Positions 44,272 through 53,671 of a DNA stretch of 54,122 bases are shown here, piece by piece (position 1 is the first letter of the stretch; each line of letters starts with the position of its first letter). A program made the position numbers and the translations under genes. The DNA lies in IMG/VR virus record IMGVR_UViG_3300025674_000055, positions 1 to 54,122 of that record. The stretch is one strand, 5' to 3'. Below the pieces are notes generated by a model, which saw only the letters and a list, made by a program, of their open reading frames with translations, had not been told where the DNA came from and made no database searches. This DNA comes from a virus (Duplodnaviria; Caudoviricetes).

Positions 44272-46020
44272 ATGTACGAAAAGCAAATGGAACTCTTTGA
44301 GGATGGTGGCCTTATGGAAGAGGGCGGCATGGTAGACGAAGTTTCTGGAAACGATGTACCTCCGGGCAGCAACCGTAAAGAAGTTCGTGATGACATTCCA
44401 GCCATGCTCAGTGAAGGTGAGTTTGTTTTTCCTGCAGATGTAGTTCGTTATTTTGGTCTTGAGCGGTTGATGGAAATGCGGCAACAAGCCAAAATGGGCC
44501 TTAAAAGAATGGAAGAAATGGGTCAGATGGGTAATAGCGAAGAGGCTATTATTCCTGACGATCTGCCATTTACACTTGAAGATTTAGAGTTTGCAGAGCC
44601 ACAAGAGTATAATCAAGGTGGTGTTATCAAAGCACAAGAAGGTGTTTTTGTTGTGCCCTCTAGCTTCAATAATACACAATCATATACATCTACGACTGTT
44701 CCTGCTAGCTCTGTGGTTCCAACTAATACACAAGGCTTTACCACCGGTTACACACCAACTTTTGTAAATCAACCTGACATAACAACAGGCACTACTACAG
44801 ACGATTCAGAAGATACAGACGAACCTTTTGTTCCTGAAGTTAGCGATGTGTATGAGTATAGAAAATATAAGAATACTAGTACTGGTGAAATTAGAGATAT
44901 TGCATTTTATAAGGGTGAGCCTGTTATTCCAATTCCTGACGGTTTTGTTCCATACTCAGAAGATGAAACAACTGAACCTGAAGACGTAACAGATACTAGT
45001 GTTCAAACGGCTCAAGTTTTAGACACAGAAGATAGTAACGATAATTTTGATCCTTCTACGGGCACTCCAACTGGGCAAGAAACTATACCCGTTGGCTCTT
45101 TGTCGAATGAAGATTTGATGAGAAAATTGAATCAATCTCGTATGCTTGCAAGAGCATCTAGTGCAATGGGTGCCGTAATTAATCCTGCCATTGGTGCTGT
45201 TGTTGGCGTTGCAGCAAAAGCAAGATACAATGATCTACTGGAAGAAGCTCAACGAAGAGGTCTTGATACTGGAGACGCTGAACGTATGGGCAGTGTCTTT
45301 GGCGGTGAGTCTAGCTTGTATGAAGGTCTACAGGACTTTAGCGGAGATAAAAAAGTTACATTTGCAGACACGTGGCTTGGAGACTTGCTTGGCTTAGATG
45401 GACAAGCAGGTGTGCAAGGTCCGGGTCTGCAAGCATCTAGACAAGGCGCAAGACGTGGTTCAACTACTACCGCTAGAGCCGTAACATCTACTCCTGCAGT
45501 GGCAGTAGCAGAAACACGTCAACCGTCACAGGCTGCGGCTGCACAAACAGAAGCAAATAGACAGGCTCAAGAAGCTAGTGCAGAGGCAGAAAGACAACGC
45601 CAAGCTGAAGCACAGGCTGAAGCAAATAGACAAGCACAAGAAGCTAGGGCAGAGGCAGAACGTCAACGTCAAGCCGCAGCGCAAGCAGAAGCAAATAGAC
45701 AAGCGCAGGCAGCTAGAGCAGAAGCTGAACGTCAACGTCAGGCTGAGGCACAAGCGGAAGCAAATAGACAAGCACAAGAATCACGTGGCGATGATCGTCC
45801 TGCAAGTTGGGATGGTGGCCGTGTTGCAGAGACACAAAGCAAAACTAGCTACAGTTCTTCGTCCGAAGCAAGAGCAGCAGCAAGTCGTGCAGCAGAACGT
45901 AGTGGTACAGGCATGGCAACAAGAGGTAGAGCCGCAGGTGGTTTTATTACAAAACTTGAAGAACAACCTACAGCTACACCTAAAAAGAAACGTGGTATAG
46001 CAGCACGTAATAAAAAATAA
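44272..46020 (+). CDS. Head-associated protein with DIPAMLSEGEFV domain and a coiled-coil repeat
   Basis: AAGGA RBS; between portal and scaffold. Confidence 0.75.
   Translation: MYEKQMELFEDGGLMEEGGMVDEVSGNDVPPGSNRKEVRDDIPAMLSEGEFVFPADVVRYFGLERLMEMRQQAKMGLKRMEEMGQMGNSEEAIIPDDLPFTLEDLEFAEPQEYNQGGVIKAQEGVFVVPSSFNNTQSYTSTTVPASSVVPTNTQGFTTGYTPTFVNQPDITTGTTTDDSEDTDEPFVPEVSDVYEYRKYKNTSTGEIRDIAFYKGEPVIPIPDGFVPYSEDETTEPEDVTDTSVQTAQVLDTEDSNDNFDPSTGTPTGQETIPVGSLSNEDLMRKLNQSRMLARASSAMGAVINPAIGAVVGVAAKARYNDLLEEAQRRGLDTGDAERMGSVFGGESSLYEGLQDFSGDKKVTFADTWLGDLLGLDGQAGVQGPGLQASRQGARRGSTTTARAVTSTPAVAVAETRQPSQAAAAQTEANRQAQEASAEAERQRQAEAQAEANRQAQEARAEAERQRQAAAQAEANRQAQAARAEAERQRQAEAQAEANRQAQESRGDDRPASWDGGRVAETQSKTSYSSSSEARAAASRAAERSGTGMATRGRAAGGFITKLEEQPTATPKKKRGIAARNKK
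45541..45780 (+). repeat. 69-bp (23-aa) tandem repeat, ~3.5 copies
   Basis: AQxEANRQAQxAxAEAERQRQAx; GAAGCAAATAGACA recurs every 69 nt. Confidence 0.92.
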
Positions 46021-46093
46021 TCTGCTATATTAGACTGGCCTACCCATCCCCCATACCGACATGGCTACGGTGGCCCCAGTAAGGATTTAAAAT

Positions 46094-46957
46094 ATGTCTG
46101 AGAACATGACTATTATGGCTTCTGAAGTAGAAGCACCTAGAAAAGTTGCATTTGCTAATCGCAAGTACACTAATGAAGAACGAATTAAACAAGAAGAAGA
46201 AGAGCTTCAACAATTGATTCAGGAACAACAAGAACCTAAAGAGCAAGTTCAAGAGGAAGCTGAACCCGAATCTGCAGAAGAACGTTCTTTTAAAAAACGT
46301 TATGGTGATCTTCGTAGACATCAGCAGCAAAAAGAAAAAGAATATGAAGATCGTATTGCTCGATTAGAAGAACAGCTTAACAAAGCCACACAACAAGAAA
46401 TTAAACTGCCTAAGTCAGATGATGACATTGAAGCTTGGGCAAAGAAGTATCCTGACGTTGCAGCAATCGTAGAAACAATCGCAATTAAAAAAGCACGTGA
46501 GCAAGCAGAGGGTCTGGAAGCTCGTGTGCGTGAGATTGACGAAATGAAAGCAACTGCCGCACGTGAGAAAGCTGAAGCAGAACTTATGCGTCTGCACCCA
46601 GACTTTGATGAGATTCGTGACAGCGATGACTTCCATCAGTGGGTGGATGATCAACCTAAGTGGGTACAAGATGCGCTGTACGAAAATGATTCGGATGCTA
46701 AGTCTGCAGCTAGAGCCATTGACTTGTACAAAGCTGATAGAAATATCAAAGTTAAAACTACGAGTTCAAAAGATGCTGCATCTTCCGTGAATCCACGGGG
46801 TCGTAGCAAACCTGCTGAAAAAGAAACTTCCAACTACTACAGAGAATCTGCTGTAGCAAAGATGTCTGCTACTCAATATGAAAAAGTTGCAGACGAAATC
46901 ATGGAAGCCATTCGTACTGGTAAATTTATTTACGATTTATCGGGTAGTGCACGTTAA
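46094..46957 (+). CDS. Capsid scaffolding protein
   Basis: Charged coiled coil, FKKRYGDLRRH, HPDF; precedes major capsid gene. Confidence 0.85.
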   Translation: MSENMTIMASEVEAPRKVAFANRKYTNEERIKQEEEELQQLIQEQQEPKEQVQEEAEPESAEERSFKKRYGDLRRHQQQKEKEYEDRIARLEEQLNKATQQEIKLPKSDDDIEAWAKKYPDVAAIVETIAIKKAREQAEGLEARVREIDEMKATAAREKAEAELMRLHPDFDEIRDSDDFHQWVDDQPKWVQDALYENDSDAKSAARAIDLYKADRNIKVKTTSSKDAASSVNPRGRSKPAEKETSNYYRESAVAKMSATQYEKVADEIMEAIRTGKFIYDLSGSAR

Positions 46958-46963
46958 AAAGTA

Positions 46964-46994
46964 TTGACAATACAGTTTACTCACTGTATAACTA
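46964..46994 (+). promoter_or_regulatory. Sigma70-type promoter of the capsid operon
   Basis: TTGACA-N17-TATAACTA. Confidence 0.8.
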
Positions 46995-46999
46995 TATCT

Positions 47000-47219
47000 A
47001 TAGATTTGAGGTTAGACTCCGGTTGGCTACTCTAACCTCTATCACTTTCCCACAAACACATGTCTTTACGGATTACCTAATCCGACTAGGCCCGTATCAC
47101 CTGCAAGCTATAACTGATCATTATATGCTGTAGGCTATACGCACCCTAACACGATTAGCCTCTGAAATAAACCATGTAAGTTTGTATCTGTAAATCCAAG
47201 CTATTATAGGAGAATAACA
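47000..47219 (+). ncRNA. Candidate structured cis-regulatory leader of the major capsid gene
   Basis: Several complementary segments (see findings). Confidence 0.45.
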
Positions 47220-48293
47220 ATGGCATTTGGAGCAGCTTCGGGCTATGGCAACTTGCCGAATGGCAATTTCTCGCCCGTCATTTACAGCAAACAGGTGCAA
47301 CTTGCTTTCCGCAAAGCATCTGTTGTTGACGCAATCACAAACAACGACTACTTTGGCGAAATCGCAAACATGGGCGATACCGTCAAGATCATCAAAGAAC
47401 CTGAAATCACTGTGTCGTCGTACCTGCGTGGTACACAGATCACTGCACAGGATCTGGATGATGAAGACTTCTCGCTGGTTATCGACAAAGCAAACTACTT
47501 TGCATTCAAAGTTGATGACATCGAAGAAGCTCACTCGCACGTGAACTTCCAGTCTCTGGCTTCGGATCGTGCTGCCTATCGTTTGGCTGATCAGTACGAC
47601 CAAGAAGTTCTTGGTTACTTGTCGGGCTATGCTCAGTCGGCTCTTCATGTTAATGCTGACGCAGTGAACACAACTGTGAATGGCACAAAGGCAATCGCAA
47701 CTGCTGGTTCGGACGAACTGCTTGCTTCAATGAAGCTCAATAAGGGTGACTTCGGCAACATCTCGACCTCTTCGGCTGGCGATCATTCGATCCCTGTCGC
47801 TGCTCGTCTGCCGGGTGCAACCACTCTGCCCACAACTCACGTTTCGCCTGTCATGCTGATCAACCGTATGGCTCGTCTGCTGGACCAGCAAAACGTGGAC
47901 AAAGCAGGTCGTTGGCTGGTTGTTGATCCGATCATGATGGAAGTCCTGATGGACGAAGACAGCCGTTTCCTGAACGCTGACTACGGCGATTCGGGTGCTC
48001 TTCGCAATGGTCTGACCCTGAATAACTGGAACGGTTTCCGTGTGTACGTGTCGAACAACCTGCCGAAAGTGGGTGGCGGTGCTGGCACCACGGGTACTGC
48101 AAACCAGAACACCGACTATGGTGTGATTGTTGCAGGTCATGATTCTGCTATTGCAACTGCAGAGCAGATCAACAAAACCGAAACCTACCGTGACCCCGAC
48201 TCGTTTGCTGACGTTGTTCGTGGTATGCATCTGTATGGTCGCAAGATTCTTCGTCCCGAAGCTATTGCGACAGCAAAATACAACCTTGCCTGA
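47220..48293 (+). CDS. Major capsid protein
   Basis: NFSPVIYSK, GDTVKI, FAFKVDDIE, YRDPDSFAD.VRG...YGRK; strongly biased codons. Confidence 0.95.
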   Translation: MAFGAASGYGNLPNGNFSPVIYSKQVQLAFRKASVVDAITNNDYFGEIANMGDTVKIIKEPEITVSSYLRGTQITAQDLDDEDFSLVIDKANYFAFKVDDIEEAHSHVNFQSLASDRAAYRLADQYDQEVLGYLSGYAQSALHVNADAVNTTVNGTKAIATAGSDELLASMKLNKGDFGNISTSSAGDHSIPVAARLPGATTLPTTHVSPVMLINRMARLLDQQNVDKAGRWLVVDPIMMEVLMDEDSRFLNADYGDSGALRNGLTLNNWNGFRVYVSNNLPKVGGGAGTTGTANQNTDYGVIVAGHDSAIATAEQINKTETYRDPDSFADVVRGMHLYGRKILRPEAIATAKYNLA

Positions 48294-48308
48294 TAGGAGG
48301 ACTTAGTT

Positions 48309-48800
48309 ATGGCTACCGTTACTACTCTCGCAGGCGCTGGTGGTGCTTTCTCGACTGCAGGTCGTACCCCCTACGTCATCGACAACATCGTTGACTTCGC
48401 TGCTGCTGTCACCGCTAAGGGTGGCGCACTGGCTCAGGCCGACATCATCGAAGCTCTGGAACTGCCCGCTCAGTGCCAGATTCTTTCGTGTGGTGCAGAG
48501 GTCATTGAAGCCCATGCGGGTACTTCGACTGACCTGACGCTTGACATTGGTATCACTGGCGGTAACACCGACTTTGTTGCTGATGGCTTCGACTACGATG
48601 CTGCTGCTGTTGGCGCTGTGACTTCGCCTGTTGTTGCAGAACTTCCGCTGTACAATGCTTCGGCAGACACGATTGACATTCTGTTGGCTACCATGACTGG
48701 TACGACCACAGGTGGCAAGATGCGTGTTTGGGCTTGCATTGTTCCCGTTGACGGTCGTCAGCAGGAAGCTGCAGAAGTTGTTCGTGATCAACTCGCATAA
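48309..48800 (+). CDS. Putative capsid decoration / minor capsid protein
   Basis: AGGAGG RBS; same codon bias as the major capsid gene; beta-rich. Confidence 0.7.
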   Translation: MATVTTLAGAGGAFSTAGRTPYVIDNIVDFAAAVTAKGGALAQADIIEALELPAQCQILSCGAEVIEAHAGTSTDLTLDIGITGGNTDFVADGFDYDAAAVGAVTSPVVAELPLYNASADTIDILLATMTGTTTGGKMRVWACIVPVDGRQQEAAEVVRDQLA

Positions 48801-48807
48801 TAACGGA

Positions 48808-48831
48808 GGGGGGCTGCTTCGGTGGCCCCCC
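48808..48831 (+). terminator. GC-rich cUUCGg hairpin after capsid genes (no U-tract; leaky terminator or stabiliser)
   Basis: GGGGGGCTGC-TTCG-GTGGCCCCCC. Confidence 0.65.
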
Positions 48832-48839
48832 ACTACTCC

Positions 48840-49235
48840 ATGAGAATACTTCACTCTGAGAAAAAAGTAGAAGGCTTTGAGCACAGAGTTTTTTCTTTGA
48901 ATGAAGTATACTGGAAACTTGATGAGTCTGCAGAGTTAGACTGGAAGTTTCGAGAAGCTTTAGCTAAGTCTCTAGATAAACGTGGGATGCTGTGGCCTCC
49001 TATAGTTTGGAAGCAAGAAACTTTCCTTGTTTATCTAGAAGAGGGTAAACGTAGACACGACCCTTACAAGGCTATAGAAATTGATCTATACTATAGGGTT
49101 GCCATAGGAAACAACAGATTTCACTATGCACAAGAAAAGGGTTACACCCACATAGAGTGTGTTGTAGCCGAAGTTTGGAAAGACAGAGATACCATCCTAA
49201 CTCAGACTGTGATGGAATATAGGAAGGACTACTAG
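48840..49235 (+). CDS. ParB/Sulfiredoxin-like domain protein
   Basis: SL...GMLWPPIV...VAIGNNRF..A...G...IECVV. Confidence 0.55.
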   Translation: MRILHSEKKVEGFEHRVFSLNEVYWKLDESAELDWKFREALAKSLDKRGMLWPPIVWKQETFLVYLEEGKRRHDPYKAIEIDLYYRVAIGNNRFHYAQEKGYTHIECVVAEVWKDRDTILTQTVMEYRKDY

Positions 49236-49237
49236 AC

Positions 49238-49675
49238 ATGGCTATCACAACGGCAATGTGTACAAGCTTCAAGCAGGAGTTGCTTGGTGGTGTTCATGAT
49301 CTGGATACCGACAGCATCAAGCTTGCATTGATTAAAGCTACACCGAGTGGTACTTATGGTGCTGCTACTACGAATTACTCTGATGTAACTGGAAACTCTG
49401 ATGAAGCCAGCGGTACTAACTATTCTGCGGGTGGTCAGGTTCTTGATGGAGCTACCATCTCTGTTTCTGGTACAACTGCTATCGTTGACTTTACTGATGA
49501 AGTCTTTGCTGATGTGACTGTCTCTACGGATGGCTGTATCATCTACAATGCTTCTCAGGGCAACAAGGCTATTGCTGTAATTGACTTTGGTGGCACTGTC
49601 AGTGCTACTGCTGGTGACTTGACTGTTGAGTTCCCTACTGCGGATGCTTCTAACGCTGTGATCCGCATCGCCTAA
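49238..49675 (+). CDS. Virion structural protein
   Basis: MAITTAMCTSFKQELL..H, Y.AGG..L, IDFGG. Confidence 0.75.
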   Translation: MAITTAMCTSFKQELLGGVHDLDTDSIKLALIKATPSGTYGAATTNYSDVTGNSDEASGTNYSAGGQVLDGATISVSGTTAIVDFTDEVFADVTVSTDGCIIYNASQGNKAIAVIDFGGTVSATAGDLTVEFPTADASNAVIRIA

Positions 49676-49690
49676 TAGAAGGTAGCGGCT

Positions 49691-50461
49691 ATGGCTGTCA
49701 CTGTCAATGCAGCGGTCTATGGTGTAGCAGTATATGGTGTTGCCAGATACGGCAAGATCATTGTCAGCAACCTAGACCAAGCAACAGCCACTGGTCAAGT
49801 AAATGCAGTACAGGTTAATCTTTCTGTAACGCTTGCAAGTGTAGTAGCAACTGGTTCTGTAGAAAGTCTGACTGCTGGTGGCTTTGAAGTAGACATCACT
49901 GAAAAAATTCCCACTGGTATTTTTGCTACAGGTCAAGTTTCTGCGGTACAAGTTAATCCAACGGAAAAGGTAACTGGTGTTGCTGGTTCTGGTCAGACAG
50001 GTGATCCTGTTGTAACAGCCTCCAGTAATATAGTTTCTGCCAGTGTCTTTTCTACAGGCTCTGTTGAAGCTGTACAAGAAAATGTCAGCGAAAAACTTGG
50101 GTCTGTAACTGCTACAGTAAATATCAACGCAGTACAAGTAAACGTCACTGAGATACTTGCTTTTGTTGCATCTACTGGCAGTATTGGTACGCTGACATTT
50201 AGTAACACTGTTACCCCCACAGGTGTTCAGGCACAGGGTGTTATTAACAGTGTTGAGCCTAAGCCTACTGAAGCTCTTGGCAGTGTCAGTGCAACAGGTT
50301 TTGTTGGCAACCTAAAACTTAATACGACGGCAGGTATTACCTCAGTTGGCATGACAGGTTCTGTGACAGCGACGACTCAGACTGCCGTAGTGTTTAACTT
50401 TGAGGCTGTTAAAGAGACCTACAGCAGACAGAGAACTATCTACCTTTCGAGGGCTGCATAA
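49691..50461 (+). CDS. Virion structural protein with V/T/G/A repeats
   Basis: Repeated ATG.V.AVQ.N units; YG...YG N-terminus. Confidence 0.7.
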   Translation: MAVTVNAAVYGVAVYGVARYGKIIVSNLDQATATGQVNAVQVNLSVTLASVVATGSVESLTAGGFEVDITEKIPTGIFATGQVSAVQVNPTEKVTGVAGSGQTGDPVVTASSNIVSASVFSTGSVEAVQENVSEKLGSVTATVNINAVQVNVTEILAFVASTGSIGTLTFSNTVTPTGVQAQGVINSVEPKPTEALGSVSATGFVGNLKLNTTAGITSVGMTGSVTATTQTAVVFNFEAVKETYSRQRTIYLSRAA

Positions 50462-50631
50462 TGGCTACAACCAGTGCAGAAAGAACTGTCAGAATTACTG
50501 ATGAGAATAGAGTGGTTTTAATAGTTGACTTCTCTCAGAATCGCAGGGTCTACATCCCTAAAGAAAACAGGACAGTTATTGTCGTTGATCGCAAGACAAC
50601 ATCTGCAGATCGCACAGTAAACGCAGTATAG
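50461..50631 (+). CDS. 56-aa repeat peptide (not in ORF track)
   Basis: MATTSAERTVRI..ENRVV...NRRVYI..ENRTV...TTSADRTV; GAGGG RBS. Confidence 0.65.
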   Translation: MATTSAERTVRITDENRVVLIVDFSQNRRVYIPKENRTVIVVDRKTTSADRTVNAV

Positions 50632-50640
50632 GACACTTAG

Positions 50641-50961
50641 ATGAGCTACCGCTGGCCGAATAAAGATCCTGATGAAACACTTGACTACAGCATTGACTGG
50701 TCAAGATTCTTGGGTACTGGTGTAACTGTCACATCTGCTCAGTGGTACGTTGATGACGCTTCTGGTGTTAAGACTGCCATCAATGCAGGACAGACTGTCA
50801 ACAGCATTCAGAATGTGTCTCAGACCAATAACTCTACTGTTACTACTATCAACATTGGTAGTGGGACAAACAACGTAGAATACAAGTTCTACTGCAGAAT
50901 TACAGACAGTTCTGGCAGTCAGGCAGAGAGAGTTGTCAAACTTCGGATCAAGGAGAGATAA
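50641..50961 (+). CDS. Fiber-tail adaptor-like protein
   Basis: WPNKDPDE.LDYSIDW. Confidence 0.7.
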   Translation: MSYRWPNKDPDETLDYSIDWSRFLGTGVTVTSAQWYVDDASGVKTAINAGQTVNSIQNVSQTNNSTVTTINIGSGTNNVEYKFYCRITDSSGSQAERVVKLRIKER

Positions 50962-51684
50962 ATGGCGTATGATTTCCTTGGCCTTGTAAATGATATCAAC
51001 AAGAGACTTAACGAAGTTGAGTTGACCTCTGCTAACTTTGCTACTGTTACTGGTTTTTACAGTGCAGCAAAAGACTCTGTGAATGCCTCACTGCGTTATA
51101 TCAACCGGTCTGCATTTGAGTGGCCGTTCAATCATGTTGAACAGGAAGACGTTCTGACTGCAGGTGAGATTCGCTACGGCTATCCTGCTGATACAAAGAC
51201 AGTTGACTTTGACTCTTTCAGAATTAAACGGTCTTCTACATTTGGTAATGAAACTCAGAAGCTGAAGATCATTTCCTACGAAGAATATTTGGGAAGATAT
51301 GTAGACGATGAGTACAACACTAGTAACACTGGCATTCGTACTATTCCTCGCCTAGTCTTTCGTACTCCAAATCAAGGCTATGGTGTATATCCTGCACCTG
51401 ACAATGCCTATGAGTTAGTCTACGAATACTACAGACTTCCTGTTGACCTGATCGGTGCTACAGACGTTCCCAGCATTCCTGAGCAGTTCCGTTATGTGAT
51501 CATCGACGGTGCAATGTATCATGCCTATTTGTTCCGTGGTAATACTCAGGATGCTAGTATTCAGTTTCAAAGATTTGAAGAGGGTATCAAAGACATGAGA
51601 ACCCTTTATATCAACAGGTACGACTACGTGAGAGATACCCGTATCTTGGGTGGTGGTTATATCTCTAATCCTAGAGTTGCTTAA
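50962..51684 (+). CDS. Head-tail adaptor (tail tubular protein A-like)
   Basis: FLGLVN....RLNEV, EWPF, P.PD..Y...YEY. Confidence 0.8.
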   Translation: MAYDFLGLVNDINKRLNEVELTSANFATVTGFYSAAKDSVNASLRYINRSAFEWPFNHVEQEDVLTAGEIRYGYPADTKTVDFDSFRIKRSSTFGNETQKLKIISYEEYLGRYVDDEYNTSNTGIRTIPRLVFRTPNQGYGVYPAPDNAYELVYEYYRLPVDLIGATDVPSIPEQFRYVIIDGAMYHAYLFRGNTQDASIQFQRFEEGIKDMRTLYINRYDYVRDTRILGGGYISNPRVA

Positions 51685-53660
51685 TGCCTACACAGTGGCA
51701 GACATTTCCTGTTGAGATGCGGGGTGGGTTGATTACCAATGTCAGCCCCCTTCAGCAAGGTATAAACTTTCCGGGTTCTGCACGATCCTTGACAAACTTT
51801 GAGCCTTCTATTGAGGGTGGCTATCGTCGCATTGAAGGCTACAACAAGTTTGATGAAGATCCTGTTCCTCTGTATGGTGAACCTGTTGTTCAGGGTAGTG
51901 GTCAAACAGGTACATCTCTTGTTCTTGCCAATATCTTTGTTACTCCTGTAAATGGTGATACTCTCACGATTACTGGTGTAACAGGTACATACACAGTATC
52001 TTCAGTAACCTTTGATTCTAACGCAAAGACTGCAACACTTACTCTGTCTACGTCCTTGGATAGCTCTCCTGCAGACAAAGCAGCAGTCACTTTTACGAAC
52101 AACACAGTAGACTTGATTGAATGCATTATCTACTTCAAGCAGAAGGCTGTTGCATATCGTAATGCAGACTTGTGGGAATCGTCTGGCACTGGCTGGACTA
52201 GGATCAACACACCTGACTATGGCACTGTTCTTGTTGATGGTGGTAGTCAGACTGGTACAACTCTCAATGTTGATGGACTGACAGCTACACCTCAGATTGG
52301 TGACACATTTACTGTCGCTGGCATTGAGAAGGTTTATACGATCACCAATGCAGTTACTGTGACTAATGGTGATGCAGCACTGACAATCAGCCCAGCACTG
52401 GCTACATCACCTGCAGACAATGCTGCTGTGACATTCTTAAGTACAGACCGCAGTGCTGGTGGCAAGCATCGCTTTGTGCGATACAACTTTACTGGCACTT
52501 CTCGCATCATGGTTGTTGACGGTACGAATGCACCCTGCAAGTATGATGGTACAACTTTTACAGTTTTGGATGCAGCACCCTCAGATGTTGTTGGGGCTGA
52601 TCACGTAAAAGAATTTAAAAGCCACTTGTTCTTTGCTAAGGGCAATCAGCTTACCTTTACTGCACCCTATACAGACTCCGACTTTAGTGCTGCTAATGGT
52701 GCTGGTGTAATCACTATCCCTCACACGATCACTGGTTTGATTGTTTTCCGTGAGCAGTTGATTATCTTCAGCACCAGCAAGATTCACAGACTGGTTGGAA
52801 ATACGATATCTGACTTTACGCTTCAACCGATTTCACTTGACATTGGTTGCGTAAGAGAGGATACTATACAGGAAGTTGGTGGTGACATTGCATTCCTTGG
52901 GCCTGACGGTGTTAGGCTTCTGAGTGCAACTGATCGCATTGGTGACTTTGGTTTGGCTGTGGCATCAAGACCTATTCAGTCTGAAGCTAACAGACTTGTC
53001 AGTGCCAACACCAGCTTCGCATCCTGTGTTATTAGATCCAAGAACCAGTATCGTATGTTTGGTTACTCTGCCAGTGTAACAGAGGATTCTGCTGCAGGCA
53101 TTCTAGCCACACAGTTTGCAGACCAGACTGCTCAGGGTATGGCATGGGCAGAGACTCGTGGCATACTGGTGTATGTTGCAGACAGTGTATACTCCAGTGA
53201 GGCTCAGGGTGAGGTCATCATCTTTGCCAACAGGGATGGTTACGTATACAGAATGGAATCAGGCAATAGCTTTGATGGTGACATGATTAGAGCATTTTAC
53301 TCCACTCCATTCGTTGCAGTATCTGATCCAAGGCTTAGAAAGACTTTCTATAAGCTGACAACCTATCTGGACCCTGAAGGGTCTATTACAGGTACAGTGA
53401 CACCCAAGTTAGACTTTGATGAACCTAACCTTGCTCAACCCCAGCCTATCGCACTGACGAATACAACAGGGGTTGCATCGTTCTACGGGGTTAGCACATA
53501 CGGTACAGGGATATTCGGGGGCAAACTAAGATATGCTTTCACAAGTCAACTCGTAGGCTCTGGTTTTACATTTAGTCTTCAGTATGTCTTTGAAAGCACT
53601 GATCCTCCATTTTCACTAGACGCAATCACCATTGAATTTGCGACAAACGACAGACAGTAA
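51684..53660 (+). CDS. Tail nozzle / DNA stabilization protein
   Basis: GGL, NFEP..GGYRRI.G, beta-propeller-like repeats, two copies of an inserted GSxQTGT..SPAD.AAVTF domain. Confidence 0.8.
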   Translation: MPTQWQTFPVEMRGGLITNVSPLQQGINFPGSARSLTNFEPSIEGGYRRIEGYNKFDEDPVPLYGEPVVQGSGQTGTSLVLANIFVTPVNGDTLTITGVTGTYTVSSVTFDSNAKTATLTLSTSLDSSPADKAAVTFTNNTVDLIECIIYFKQKAVAYRNADLWESSGTGWTRINTPDYGTVLVDGGSQTGTTLNVDGLTATPQIGDTFTVAGIEKVYTITNAVTVTNGDAALTISPALATSPADNAAVTFLSTDRSAGGKHRFVRYNFTGTSRIMVVDGTNAPCKYDGTTFTVLDAAPSDVVGADHVKEFKSHLFFAKGNQLTFTAPYTDSDFSAANGAGVITIPHTITGLIVFREQLIIFSTSKIHRLVGNTISDFTLQPISLDIGCVREDTIQEVGGDIAFLGPDGVRLLSATDRIGDFGLAVASRPIQSEANRLVSANTSFASCVIRSKNQYRMFGYSASVTEDSAAGILATQFADQTAQGMAWAETRGILVYVADSVYSSEAQGEVIIFANRDGYVYRMESGNSFDGDMIRAFYSTPFVAVSDPRLRKTFYKLTTYLDPEGSITGTVTPKLDFDEPNLAQPQPIALTNTTGVASFYGVSTYGTGIFGGKLRYAFTSQLVGSGFTFSLQYVFESTDPPFSLDAITIEFATNDRQ

Positions 53661-53671
53661 GGAACTCTCTA

